A stretch of 49,968 nucleotides of DNA, from NCBI GenBank assembly GCA_045604585.1, contig JAZUOI010000065.1, forward strand, positions 1-49,968, read 5' to 3'. The stretch's first letter is position 1, and every line of letters begins with the position of its first letter. The notes below the pieces were generated by a model, which made no database searches, was not told where the DNA came from, and was given only the letters and a program-made list of their open reading frames with translations. The stretch comes from Lawsonibacter sp. (lineage in GTDB: Bacteria; Bacillota; Clostridia; Oscillospirales; Oscillospiraceae). This document shows, piece by piece, positions 17,835-25,613 of this stretch. Made by a program: the position numbers and the translations under genes.

Positions 17835-18482
17835 TTGAGCAAAGTAATTGATTTGACAGGAATGCGGTTCGGTAGATTAACCGTGCTCGGTCGGGCAGAA
17901 AACAGGGATCGAAAGAGAGCTATGTGGCTTTGCAAGTGTGATTGTGGGGACGAAAAGATTGTATGGGGGTATTCATTACGGTCGGGGCGCACGGTTTCGT
18001 GCGGCTGCTACAACCGCGACAAATGCATTCGACAGCACACCACACACGGGCTGTCCTCCACACGAATTTATAATATCTGGACCGGAATGAAGGACAGGTG
18101 TATCAACAAATCCAATCCAAGGTGGAGGCATTACGGCGAATCTGGCGTTGAGGTGTGCAATGAGTGGAGGGAAGATTTTAAGGCGTTCTATGATTGGGCC
18201 GTATCTCACGGCTACCGGGACGATTTAACCATTGAGCGGATTGACGTCAGAAAGGGTTATAGTCCCGATAATTGCCGATGGGCGACATGGGCAGAACAGG
18301 CCGGAAACAAAAATAACAGCACGGCTGTTACTATCAATGGCGAAACACACACGGTTGCGGAATGGGCCAGAATTGCTGGCGTTTCGTATAATTATCTTTA
18401 CAAAAAATATGCGTCTTTCGCACGCGTAGCCTGTCCGGCGCTGGGCTGTGACCCGGCCGACATTCTGGAAGGAGGAAACTAA
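17835..18482 (+). CDS. phage HNH-like (beta-beta-alpha-metal) endonuclease family protein
   Basis: DLTGMRFGRLTV, WLCKCDCG, SCGC, LTIERID..YSPDNCRWAT. Confidence 0.7.
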   Translation: MSKVIDLTGMRFGRLTVLGRAENRDRKRAMWLCKCDCGDEKIVWGYSLRSGRTVSCGCYNRDKCIRQHTTHGLSSTRIYNIWTGMKDRCINKSNPRWRHYGESGVEVCNEWREDFKAFYDWAVSHGYRDDLTIERIDVRKGYSPDNCRWATWAEQAGNKNNSTAVTINGETHTVAEWARIAGVSYNYLYKKYASFARVACPALGCDPADILEGGN

Positions 18483-18713
18483 ATGGCAGCACTGTACGCA
18501 GAAATCCGCGAGAAGGAAGAGGAGATCTTCCGGCGGAACAAGAACAAGGCTACGCTATCCCGCGCCGCTCTGGCCAGGGAGCTGGGAGCCGGTGAGATCG
18601 TGGCTCAGAAGTGGGCGGAGGAGCGGGGGATAGGCATTCCTATCGGTGCTCGTGTCCGCTACGAGGTCCGGCAGGTGGCAAAGCACATCGTTCAAGAAAG
18701 GGGAATGTACTGA
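18483..18713 (+). CDS. small DNA-binding (wHTH/Xis-like) protein
   Basis: LSRAALARELG..RVRYEVRQVA; GGAGG RBS. Confidence 0.55.
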   Translation: MAALYAEIREKEEEIFRRNKNKATLSRAALARELGAGEIVAQKWAEERGIGIPIGARVRYEVRQVAKHIVQERGMY

Positions 18714-19000
18714 TGAAAACGGAATGGAACATCCAGGCAAGGGCGTTTCCTGTTACTGTCCACGACCACAGTACCGGGCAGGAGCGGGAGGAGCAGATCG
18801 TGCTGACAAAGGAGCAGCTGCAGGCTGCCCAAATCGTCGGCCAGAGCAGCAAGGAGCTGATTGGCCGTCTGTGTGAGCGTGCCGGCCTGACTGTGCTGGA
18901 GATTGGCAAACCGGAAAAGCGGGAGATCAGCCTGAACATGGAGGAACTGTTTAAGTTCCACGGTATCGCCATGGCAGGGAAGCGGGAGGCGGTCATGTGA
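18713..19000 (+). CDS. hypothetical protein
   Basis: MKTEWNIQ start overlapping upstream stop (TGATG); stop overlaps helicase start. Confidence 0.65.
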   Translation: MKTEWNIQARAFPVTVHDHSTGQEREEQIVLTKEQLQAAQIVGQSSKELIGRLCERAGLTVLEIGKPEKREISLNMEELFKFHGIAMAGKREAVM

Positions 19001-20430
19001 GCGAGAATGTTTCCATGAAACCCGCCGATTTTTCCGATGCCGGAAACGCCGCTGTATTTGTTCGGGAGTATCGAGATGATCTTATCTACACCGATTCCAT
19101 GGGCTGGCTCTGCTGGGACGGAAAGCGGTGGGAGCGCAACGAGCACAAGGCGCTGGAACTGGCCGAAGAGTTCTCACTGAAAATGCTGGAGGAGGCAAGC
19201 TCCTTAAACCGTGAGGCAGCGCACACTCTGGCGGATCTGACCGCAGATAAGGCGGAGGGAGAAAAGGATAACGAAGCATTGGAGCAGGCAAAGCGGGAAC
19301 AAAAGAGTGCTAAGGCATACCTCCAGCACGCTATGCTGACCCGGCGGGCCGCGCGGATCCGCGCCGTTCTCGATCTGGCAAGGCCATATATGGTCATACC
19401 CGGTAGCATGATGGACGCTGACCCGTGGGATCTAAATACACAGGCCGGGATCATCAACCTTGTTACCGGCGATTGGCGCATGAATGAGCGCGCCGCATAC
19501 TGCACGAAAATTACCAGTGCCGCCCGGAGTACAGAGGGTGCGGAGCTGTGGGAGCAATTTCTTGACACCATTACCTGTGAGGATAACAGCTTAAAAGGTT
19601 TCCTCCAACTGGTAATCGGAATGGCGATGTTCGGGAAGGTTTACCACGAAGGAGTCACTTTTGCCGTAGGTGACGGAAAAAATGGAAAAAGCACATTTTT
19701 CAATGCCGTTGGCAAGGTTTTGGGCGACTACACTGGGTACATAAACATTGATGTGATTACTACCAAGGGAGCGAACGACAAGGCGGCTCTGTCCACCCTG
19801 CGCGGCAAGCGGCTGGTGATCGCCGGAGAGCTGGAAGAAGGGCGGCGGCTATCTTCCGCCACCATTAAGAAGATCGCCAGCACAGACCCCTTCCAGGTGG
19901 AGGAAAAGTACAAGCAGCCGGAAACGGTAGTCCCGTCCCATACCTTGTGCCTGTTCACAAACCACTTGCCCCACGTCAGCGCCACGGATGATGGCACATG
20001 GCGGCGCATCATTGTGATACCCTTTAACGCTACGATCCCCAAGAACGAGGCAATTCAGAATTACGCCGATTATCTTGTTGAGAAAACTGGTGGCGCGATC
20101 CTTGCCTGGGCGGTAGAGGGGGCGCAGAACTTTGCTCGAAATAAATTCCATTTGACCATCCCGGACGCTGTGGCGGAGATCACGGATGCTTACCGGAGCC
20201 GGGAGAACTGGCTGACCAACTTTATCGATGACCGCTGTATTGTCGAAAAGGGCGCACGCATTGGTGCTCGGGAGCTGTATACAGCTTATAAGAATTGGGC
20301 GGCGGAGATGGGGGAGTATGTCCGTAGCGAAAAGGATTTTTCACACGAGATGGAGCGAAGCGGAGTGAAAAAGCTGTCATCACGGGGATCGAATTATTAT
20401 ATCGACCTTCGGTTATTGCTCTACTGTTGA
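18997..20430 (+). CDS. P4/D5-family primase-helicase C-terminal type protein (D5_N plus SF3 helicase)
   Basis: SDAGNA, WLCWDGKRW, Walker A GDGKNGKST, TNHLP, DDGTWRRI. Confidence 0.9.
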   Translation: MSENVSMKPADFSDAGNAAVFVREYRDDLIYTDSMGWLCWDGKRWERNEHKALELAEEFSLKMLEEASSLNREAAHTLADLTADKAEGEKDNEALEQAKREQKSAKAYLQHAMLTRRAARIRAVLDLARPYMVIPGSMMDADPWDLNTQAGIINLVTGDWRMNERAAYCTKITSAARSTEGAELWEQFLDTITCEDNSLKGFLQLVIGMAMFGKVYHEGVTFAVGDGKNGKSTFFNAVGKVLGDYTGYINIDVITTKGANDKAALSTLRGKRLVIAGELEEGRRLSSATIKKIASTDPFQVEEKYKQPETVVPSHTLCLFTNHLPHVSATDDGTWRRIIVIPFNATIPKNEAIQNYADYLVEKTGGAILAWAVEGAQNFARNKFHLTIPDAVAEITDAYRSRENWLTNFIDDRCIVEKGARIGARELYTAYKNWAAEMGEYVRSEKDFSHEMERSGVKKLSSRGSNYYIDLRLLLYC

Positions 20431-20515
20431 GTCTGTGGAGGCAAAAACCTAAACTTTTCCTAATACACTTTTATTTTGCTTTTGTGAAAAGTTATAGTAC
20501 AGGCTCCACAGACTC
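20429..20515. other. putative replication origin of the element
   Basis: Perfect 12-bp inverted repeat GAGTCTGTGGAG/CTCCACAGACTC flanking an AT-rich core with nested AACTTTTC/GAAAAGTT, directly after helicase gene. Confidence 0.6.
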
Positions 20516-20535
20516 CGCACCAACCCCGCAAACCA

Positions 20536-20808
20536 TTGCAAACGCTGAAAGGAGTTAAAACAATAAGGCACGATGAAATCACGCAGATTATCCCTGCACC
20601 TGCAGGTATGTATGCAAAACACGCAGGAGAGTACAACGGAGAAAAGTATGAATGCTATGTTCCGGTTGTCTGTCTTGCTCTTATGGAGAATCAGCTTGGC
20701 TCTCGCTATATCCTGCCCATGAGCATAGATGTGGATGGGTATATCGAGGAAGCTGGTAGGACTGATGACTTTAACGGTATCGTCTGGAGGGAGTACCCCA
20801 ATGAATAA
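20536..20808 (+). CDS. hypothetical protein (start uncertain)
   Basis: ORF in operon; AAGGAG sits before an in-frame ATA rather than ATG. Confidence 0.5.
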   Translation: MQTLKGVKTIRHDEITQIIPAPAGMYAKHAGEYNGEKYECYVPVVCLALMENQLGSRYILPMSIDVDGYIEEAGRTDDFNGIVWREYPNE

Positions 20809-20980
20809 CAAAATCTGTCCCCTGCTGTCTGCCTGTGACGCAGAAAGCAATCACTATTGCGAAGAAGGGCGCTGTGCTTGGTGGATACCGCCGCTCGGTC
20901 CCCGCAGTGAAGGCCGCTGTGCGAGCCAGATGTTGGGCGCGGCCATGCCGGAGCTGATAAAGGCGGTGAATGAGATTTGA
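20801..20980 (+). CDS. small Cys-rich hypothetical protein
   Basis: MNNKICPLL..C..C..CAWW; GGAGG RBS; overlaps neighbours. Confidence 0.6.
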   Translation: MNNKICPLLSACDAESNHYCEEGRCAWWIPPLGPRSEGRCASQMLGAAMPELIKAVNEI

Positions 20981-21162
20981 GTTACTACCGATCCTGTCCC
21001 ATCTGCGGGGCGAACCTGGACCCCGGCGAAGCCTGCGACTGCCGGGACGAAAAAACCGCCGCCGATGCTACGAACATCGACGACGGCAAGGCGGAACGGG
21101 ATTTGACAGCCCCTAATTCCGCCTCCAGTGTAAACGAAAACAAGGAGGAAAGTCAAGTATGA
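20977..21162 (+). CDS. small zinc-ribbon phage-type protein
   Basis: YYRSCPICGANLDPGEACDC. Confidence 0.7.
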   Translation: MSYYRSCPICGANLDPGEACDCRDEKTAADATNIDDGKAERDLTAPNSASSVNENKEESQV

Positions 21163-21416
21163 ATGAGCCGAATATTCAGCCTATCAATATGGATGGCGTG
21201 TGGTTTGAATTGCGGGGTCTGGTTGCTGTTCTTGAGATGATTAGCGTTGGTCTGAGCGATGATTGCGCACAGATTGACGGCAACGAGGAGTATCCGAAAG
21301 ATAGTTGGAGGCATATTTGCGTTGCCAATAACGCTAAGAATGTATACAGCCCCGCTCTGGATCACGTTCACGGTCAACTTCACGATCTCCTTGCCAGAGT
21401 GGGCGTATCAAAATGA
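21159..21416 (+). CDS. hypothetical protein
   Basis: AAGGAGG RBS, ATGA overlaps at both ends. Confidence 0.65.
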   Translation: MNEPNIQPINMDGVWFELRGLVAVLEMISVGLSDDCAQIDGNEEYPKDSWRHICVANNAKNVYSPALDHVHGQLHDLLARVGVSK

Positions 21417-21595
21417 AAGTCACGATTACGTATTTGCCCGAGGAGGAGCGAGAGGCCAGAATGGCAAAAGCCTTTATTCGCGAACTGTGCGACAATGTGA
21501 GATGCAAAGAACGCGACACCCACCCACCATATAAACACATCTACTTAGCGACCAAGAAACCCGGAAAATGTACAGATACAGAGGAAAATCATTGA
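21413..21595 (+). CDS. hypothetical protein
   Basis: ATGA overlap with upstream gene; MKVTITYLPEEE..PYKHIYL. Confidence 0.6.
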   Translation: MKVTITYLPEEEREARMAKAFIRELCDNVRCKERDTHPPYKHIYLATKKPGKCTDTEENH

Positions 21596-21720
21596 CTATA
21601 ACCTGTGTATGTGGTACACTTGTTCTAAAGATATAGGCATGAGTACCGCCCGCAAGGGTTAGCCGTCAACAGACAGGCATGGGAAACAGTTTTGACACTG
21701 TTCTCATGCCTGTTTTCTTT
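21592..21720 (+). promoter_or_regulatory. promoter plus structured leader/terminator (candidate sRNA or attenuator)
   Basis: TTGACT-17-TACACT with TG extension; hairpin ACAGGCATGGGAAACAG/CTGTTCTCATGCCTGT plus T-tract. Confidence 0.55.
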
Positions 21721-21804
21721 TCCCTGGGGCGGGGGCTTACTCCTCTCCTCCGCTCCGGGGAATCTCGTAACAAAAGAAGGAGTAAATAAAGGAGGAATAA
21801 AATT

Positions 21805-22482
21805 ATGAATCAGATCATCGCTGACAACCGGCACAAGATTGACACTGCCTGCCAGCTCTGCTTTTATGCGTTGGATAAGTACCACAAAGCCTGCCAGACG
21901 TTCAACGAGGAAAAGCGGAGGATCGCCGCTACTCCCTACATCCAGCAGGAACAGGAGCGCATGGTGAACAAGGCCGCAGAAACCCTGAGCAATGCCGCGA
22001 ACGGTCATTATGCAGAAATCAAGAAAGACCTGGGCATGATCCGGGAAGCGGCCAATGAGATGGAGGGGGTGCTGGACATTGGGGAGGATCTTCAGAACAC
22101 CCTTGCTGTGGTCAAGTCCCTGGGCAAAGATGCCCCCAATGAGATCCTGTGGAAGCTGGTGGAACAGTTCAAGGGCCAGCGTCAGGCACTCATCATCCTG
22201 AAGACCGCCTACGAGGCCGCCGGCGTCAATGCTGAGCATTATTTCAAAGGGACGATCTTCTCCGCGTCCAGCGTCCTGGACGACCTGGATGAACAGGCAT
22301 ACCGCATCGTGGTTCAGCCCGGAGATAATATTGCTGTGGCTGTAAGCTTTGGCGACCAGCTGGAGAAGCTTGCGGAATCCCTGGGCGTTCAGCCAACAAA
22401 GAAATTCAGAGACATCGTCGACACTTCTGATGCCTTTAATGCCCAGCTCCTGGCAGCTATGGGGCTGGGTACAGCTGATTGA
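21805..22482 (+). CDS. hypothetical alpha-helical protein
   Basis: 225-aa ORF, strong AAGGAGG RBS, coiled-coil-like composition. Confidence 0.8.
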   Translation: MNQIIADNRHKIDTACQLCFYALDKYHKACQTFNEEKRRIAATPYIQQEQERMVNKAAETLSNAANGHYAEIKKDLGMIREAANEMEGVLDIGEDLQNTLAVVKSLGKDAPNEILWKLVEQFKGQRQALIILKTAYEAAGVNAEHYFKGTIFSASSVLDDLDEQAYRIVVQPGDNIAVAVSFGDQLEKLAESLGVQPTKKFRDIVDTSDAFNAQLLAAMGLGTAD

Positions 22483-22564
22483 TTTTGTGGGCGCGTGGGA
22501 CATATCCTGCGCGCCCCTACTTTGCATTATATTTAGGTGATTTTTCTATATAAGGGGGAGTCAT

Positions 22565-23221
22565 ATGCAGCGGACACATGGGACGGTGGAGAACTGCGAG
22601 CGCATAGACTCCTTTGAAGCCATGCGCTGCTCAGAGGGCTGTGACGCAGGGATTTCTGCCGGTGATCTGTGGCTTGATTGCGATCATTATGTTCTCCAGC
22701 GGGGAGAGGATAAAAGAGAGATCGTGCATCTGTACTATCCCGGCAGCAGATGGAATCAGGAGCTGAGACTTGTCCGGATCGACAGCGGTTTTGGCGGCAC
22801 AAGGGCCTATTGGCTTTGTCCGGCGTGTGGGGAGCGGTTTCGTTATCTGTACTTCAACCGGCGCTTTCTCTGCCGCAAGTGCGCGGAGTTGAACTATAAG
22901 TGCCAGCAGGAAACACAGAACAGCCAGAGTGATCTCCGAAAGGGAATGAAGATAGCAGGGGAGCGTTTGGGGTGGTTTTCTCTCCGGCCTGTCTCTCGCA
23001 CGGAATTTGTGGGCCTGTTCCCGGCAAAGCCAAAGGGGATGCACTGGAAAACATATGTAAAGCACCTTGCGCGGCTTAGGAAATACCAGGATCAGTGCGG
23101 TGAAAAAGACACGCACACATTGCTGAAGGGGCTAAAATCCCTTGGGGGCTTTGGGTGGGTTCTTGACGGAATTACAGATTGTATGGTGGGAGGCTCACAT
23201 GGACTGGAAGACAACGACTAA
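22565..23221 (+). CDS. zinc-finger hypothetical protein
   Basis: GFGGTRAYWLCPAC, FLCRKC, KPKGMHWKTY; GGGGAG RBS. Confidence 0.7.
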   Translation: MQRTHGTVENCERIDSFEAMRCSEGCDAGISAGDLWLDCDHYVLQRGEDKREIVHLYYPGSRWNQELRLVRIDSGFGGTRAYWLCPACGERFRYLYFNRRFLCRKCAELNYKCQQETQNSQSDLRKGMKIAGERLGWFSLRPVSRTEFVGLFPAKPKGMHWKTYVKHLARLRKYQDQCGEKDTHTLLKGLKSLGGFGWVLDGITDCMVGGSHGLEDND

Positions 23222-23849
23222 CGAGGAATTGGCGCTGTTAATCCAAGCTGGGGAACGGGACAGGATACCGCAGCTATGGGAGCAGGTCCGCCGCTTTATC
23301 GAACGGCAGTCGAGACGGTGGGTTTACCATCTGGAAGGGAAGGGTGGCGTCACGGCGGAAGATCTGTCGCAGGCCGGTTTCTTTGCGCTCCTGCGAGCCG
23401 TAGAAAGCTTTGACCCAGCACAAGGATATAAGTTGCTCGCTTACCTCAAACTCCCGTTGAAGACGGAATTTAACCGCGCCACGGGGTATAAGACGAAACG
23501 TGACCGTCTGGACCCGCTTCAGGACTACATCAGTGCAGATGTGCTGGTGGGGGAGGAAGAGGACACGCCCTTGCTGGATCTGTTGGCTGACCCTGCGGCG
23601 GAACTGGGCTATGCTGAGATAGAGGAGAAAGATCGCAGGGCGGCAGTTCAAGAGTTGCTTTCGTGCCTTAGTGAGTCGCAGAGGAGCGTAATTCGGGCAA
23701 GGTATTGGTATGAACTCACCTTTGAGGAAACAGCCAAGTCGCTTGGCGTGGATAAAAAGGAGGCAGTAAAGTTGGAGCAGCAGGCCTTGCGCACGCTGCG
23801 CCATCCTGCGAACAGGGAGAAACTAATGAGATGTGGGTACTCCGCTTGA
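23199..23849 (+). CDS. sigma-70 family alternative sigma factor
   Basis: TNEELA, region 2 EDLSQAGFFALLRAVESFDP, region 4 LTFEETAKSLGV..EQQALRTLR; GGAGG RBS. Confidence 0.85.
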   Translation: MDWKTTTNEELALLIQAGERDRIPQLWEQVRRFIERQSRRWVYHLEGKGGVTAEDLSQAGFFALLRAVESFDPAQGYKLLAYLKLPLKTEFNRATGYKTKRDRLDPLQDYISADVLVGEEEDTPLLDLLADPAAELGYAEIEEKDRRAAVQELLSCLSESQRSVIRARYWYELTFEETAKSLGVDKKEAVKLEQQALRTLRHPANREKLMRCGYSA

Positions 23850-23870
23850 CCTGTTCCACTGCAGCGCAAA

Positions 23871-24473
23871 TTGGAACGTGCCATCCGCACCCAGAAACGC
23901 CGCATATTGACCGCCGAGGCAACTGGGGATAAAGAGACGCTTTCGGTCGCGCAAACGCGCTTGCAGGTTCTCAGGCAGGAATACAGCCAGTTTTCTAAGG
24001 TTGCTGGACTGCGGACGGAAAACGAGCGTGCGCAAGTGGCTGGGTTTGGGCGAAAACAAGCAGCAAAAGCAAGCGCTTCAGTTAAATCCATTGAAAAGCA
24101 GAGACATTTGGAGTATAATAGAAAGCAAGAAGAAACCCGCGTTCTGATCTTCTCGGACAAAACAGTCAAGACGATCAACACTGGGCATCAGAACAAACAC
24201 ATCAAGACCTCGAAAGGGTATATCCCTGGTCGCAGCTATATTTACGGCGATGTGGAAACAGCCCAGCGTCTGGTGGATAAATACCATGGGACGGGGCAGC
24301 TCGTTTTCAACAGAAAGGGCGAATGGGCCAAAAGAGAGACGGTTACACACGACAGTGCAATCGGTGTCTGTGTTGACCCGTCCACTCTGGCCGAAATGGT
24401 GACCCGGAGATTTACCATCCATTATGGCAAGAACGGATCGCACATAGTACCTGCGAAGGAGTTGGAAGCATGA
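23871..24473 (+). CDS. N-terminally truncated phage minor-capsid protein with polymorphic toxin type 50 (Ntox50) domain
   Basis: ERAIR..KR..EYSQFSKVAGLR..ERAQV resembles minor capsid C-terminus; QNKHI..GRSY..LVDKYHGTG..FTIHYGKNGSHIVP resembles Ntox50; no clear RBS. Confidence 0.7.
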   Translation: MERAIRTQKRRILTAEATGDKETLSVAQTRLQVLRQEYSQFSKVAGLRTENERAQVAGFGRKQAAKASASVKSIEKQRHLEYNRKQEETRVLIFSDKTVKTINTGHQNKHIKTSKGYIPGRSYIYGDVETAQRLVDKYHGTGQLVFNRKGEWAKRETVTHDSAIGVCVDPSTLAEMVTRRFTIHYGKNGSHIVPAKELEA

Positions 24474-24679
24474 ATTTGAGAGAAAGCGCAAATCTGAATT
24501 GGTGCAAGCTCGTTCGCGTAACAATGACGGACGGAGAACTGCAGATGGGAAAGCTGGTTGGTTATACATCCGCATTGGACAACGAGCCTGACCCCGAGAG
24601 CATCACGCTCGAAAAGGAGCGCGGAATGCTCGTAGAGCTGTATGCCGATGAGATTGCCGCCGTTGTGACAGATGGTTGA
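24470..24679 (+). CDS. putative immunity protein for the Ntox50 toxin
   Basis: Small acidic ORF, ATGA overlap with toxin stop, AAGGAG RBS; YTSALDNEPDPESI. Confidence 0.6.
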   Translation: MNLRESANLNWCKLVRVTMTDGELQMGKLVGYTSALDNEPDPESITLEKERGMLVELYADEIAAVVTDG

Positions 24680-24691
24680 TGGGGGTGCGCC

Positions 24692-24814
24692 ATGACAGAG
24701 GCCACCATCAAGGCCATCGAAGCCATCCTTGCCAAGGACGACCGGGTTGAACTGATCCCCACCCGGGACGGCGTCAAGGTCGTCCGCATCAAGAGGGAGC
24801 CGATAAAAACTTAA
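24692..24814 (+). CDS. 40-aa phage-type hypothetical protein
   Basis: MTEATIKAIEAILAKDDRVELIPTRDGVKVVRIKREPIKT after GGGGGTG; below ORF-track cutoff. Confidence 0.55.
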   Translation: MTEATIKAIEAILAKDDRVELIPTRDGVKVVRIKREPIKT

Positions 24815-24854
24815 TATGTACCTCGCCCTAAGTGGTGGGCGGGAAGAGCTAAGT

Positions 24855-24897
24855 GGAGCTGACCATCTGGAATTTCCGGATAGTTGGCTCCTTTTTT
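24855..24897 (+). terminator. intrinsic terminator ending rightward operon
   Basis: GGAGCTGAC..GTTGGCTCC stem followed by T7. Confidence 0.6.
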
Positions 24898-24975
24898 GTT
24901 GATTTCAGGCCGTTGCCTGTTTTCATACCATCTTTGACCGGTCCATGTCGAGAAACTGGGCGCCGGTGACGCTCC

Positions 24976-25239
24976 TCACTTCGGTGTAACGCCGTGGTAT
25001 TCGATGCCAAAGGCTTCACACAACTGTCGGTCATTGAAATAACGTTGTGCCAGGACACGCACCTCCGCAACTGTAAACGTACTTGGCTCCTTGATGCGGC
25101 GGTAATAGGTTCGCTGGCAGCCAGGGAATATCTGAGCTGTGTCGATGTCCTTTTCGCCTCTCATGGTCTGACCGAAGCGTAGTGCTGCCAAAAGCGCCCG
25201 ATCCTGCCTCTGGGCAGCGGTTAAAGTTACTCTGGGCAT
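24976..25239 (-). CDS. small HTH-like phage protein
   Basis: MPRVTL..RTYYRRIKEPSTFTVAEVR; AAGGAG RBS. Confidence 0.65.
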   Translation of the reverse strand: MPRVTLTAAQRQDRALLAALRFGQTMRGEKDIDTAQIFPGCQRTYYRRIKEPSTFTVAEVRVLAQRYFNDRQLCEAFGIEYHGVTPK

Positions 25240-25243
25240 GAGG

Positions 25244-25462
25244 TTATCTCCTTTCCTTTTTTGTAGCGGCCCTTCCGACTTCTGCATTCATTTCAAACTC
25301 CACCAGGTCAGACAGCCGGAATACATACGGTCCATTACGTTGGCCACCGAGATTCAGTGCGGTCATTCGTCCTTGGCGCACCCAGTGCTGCACGGTGCCT
25401 GTAGCCACTCGATAGCGCTTGGCCACTTCTTCGGTTGTATACACAGGTTCGTTGAAGTTCAT
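25244..25462 (-). CDS. excisionase-like (MerR/HTH_17) protein
   Basis: YTTEEVAKRYRVATGTVQHWVRQGRM..YVFRLSDL; AAGGAGG RBS; next to att. Confidence 0.8.
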   Translation of the reverse strand: MNFNEPVYTTEEVAKRYRVATGTVQHWVRQGRMTALNLGGQRNGPYVFRLSDLVEFEMNAEVGRAATKKERR

Positions 25463-25613
25463 GGTGTCACCTCCTTCCAAGATTTTTTCCACCACCATTT
25501 CCACCACCGAAACGTCCGAAACAGGGCAAAAACGGAATTGTTTTCCATGCTGGCAGACGCAACAAAAAACCCCGGAAGCCTTATAAATCAAGGTTTCCGA
25601 GGTTTTTCTGTTT

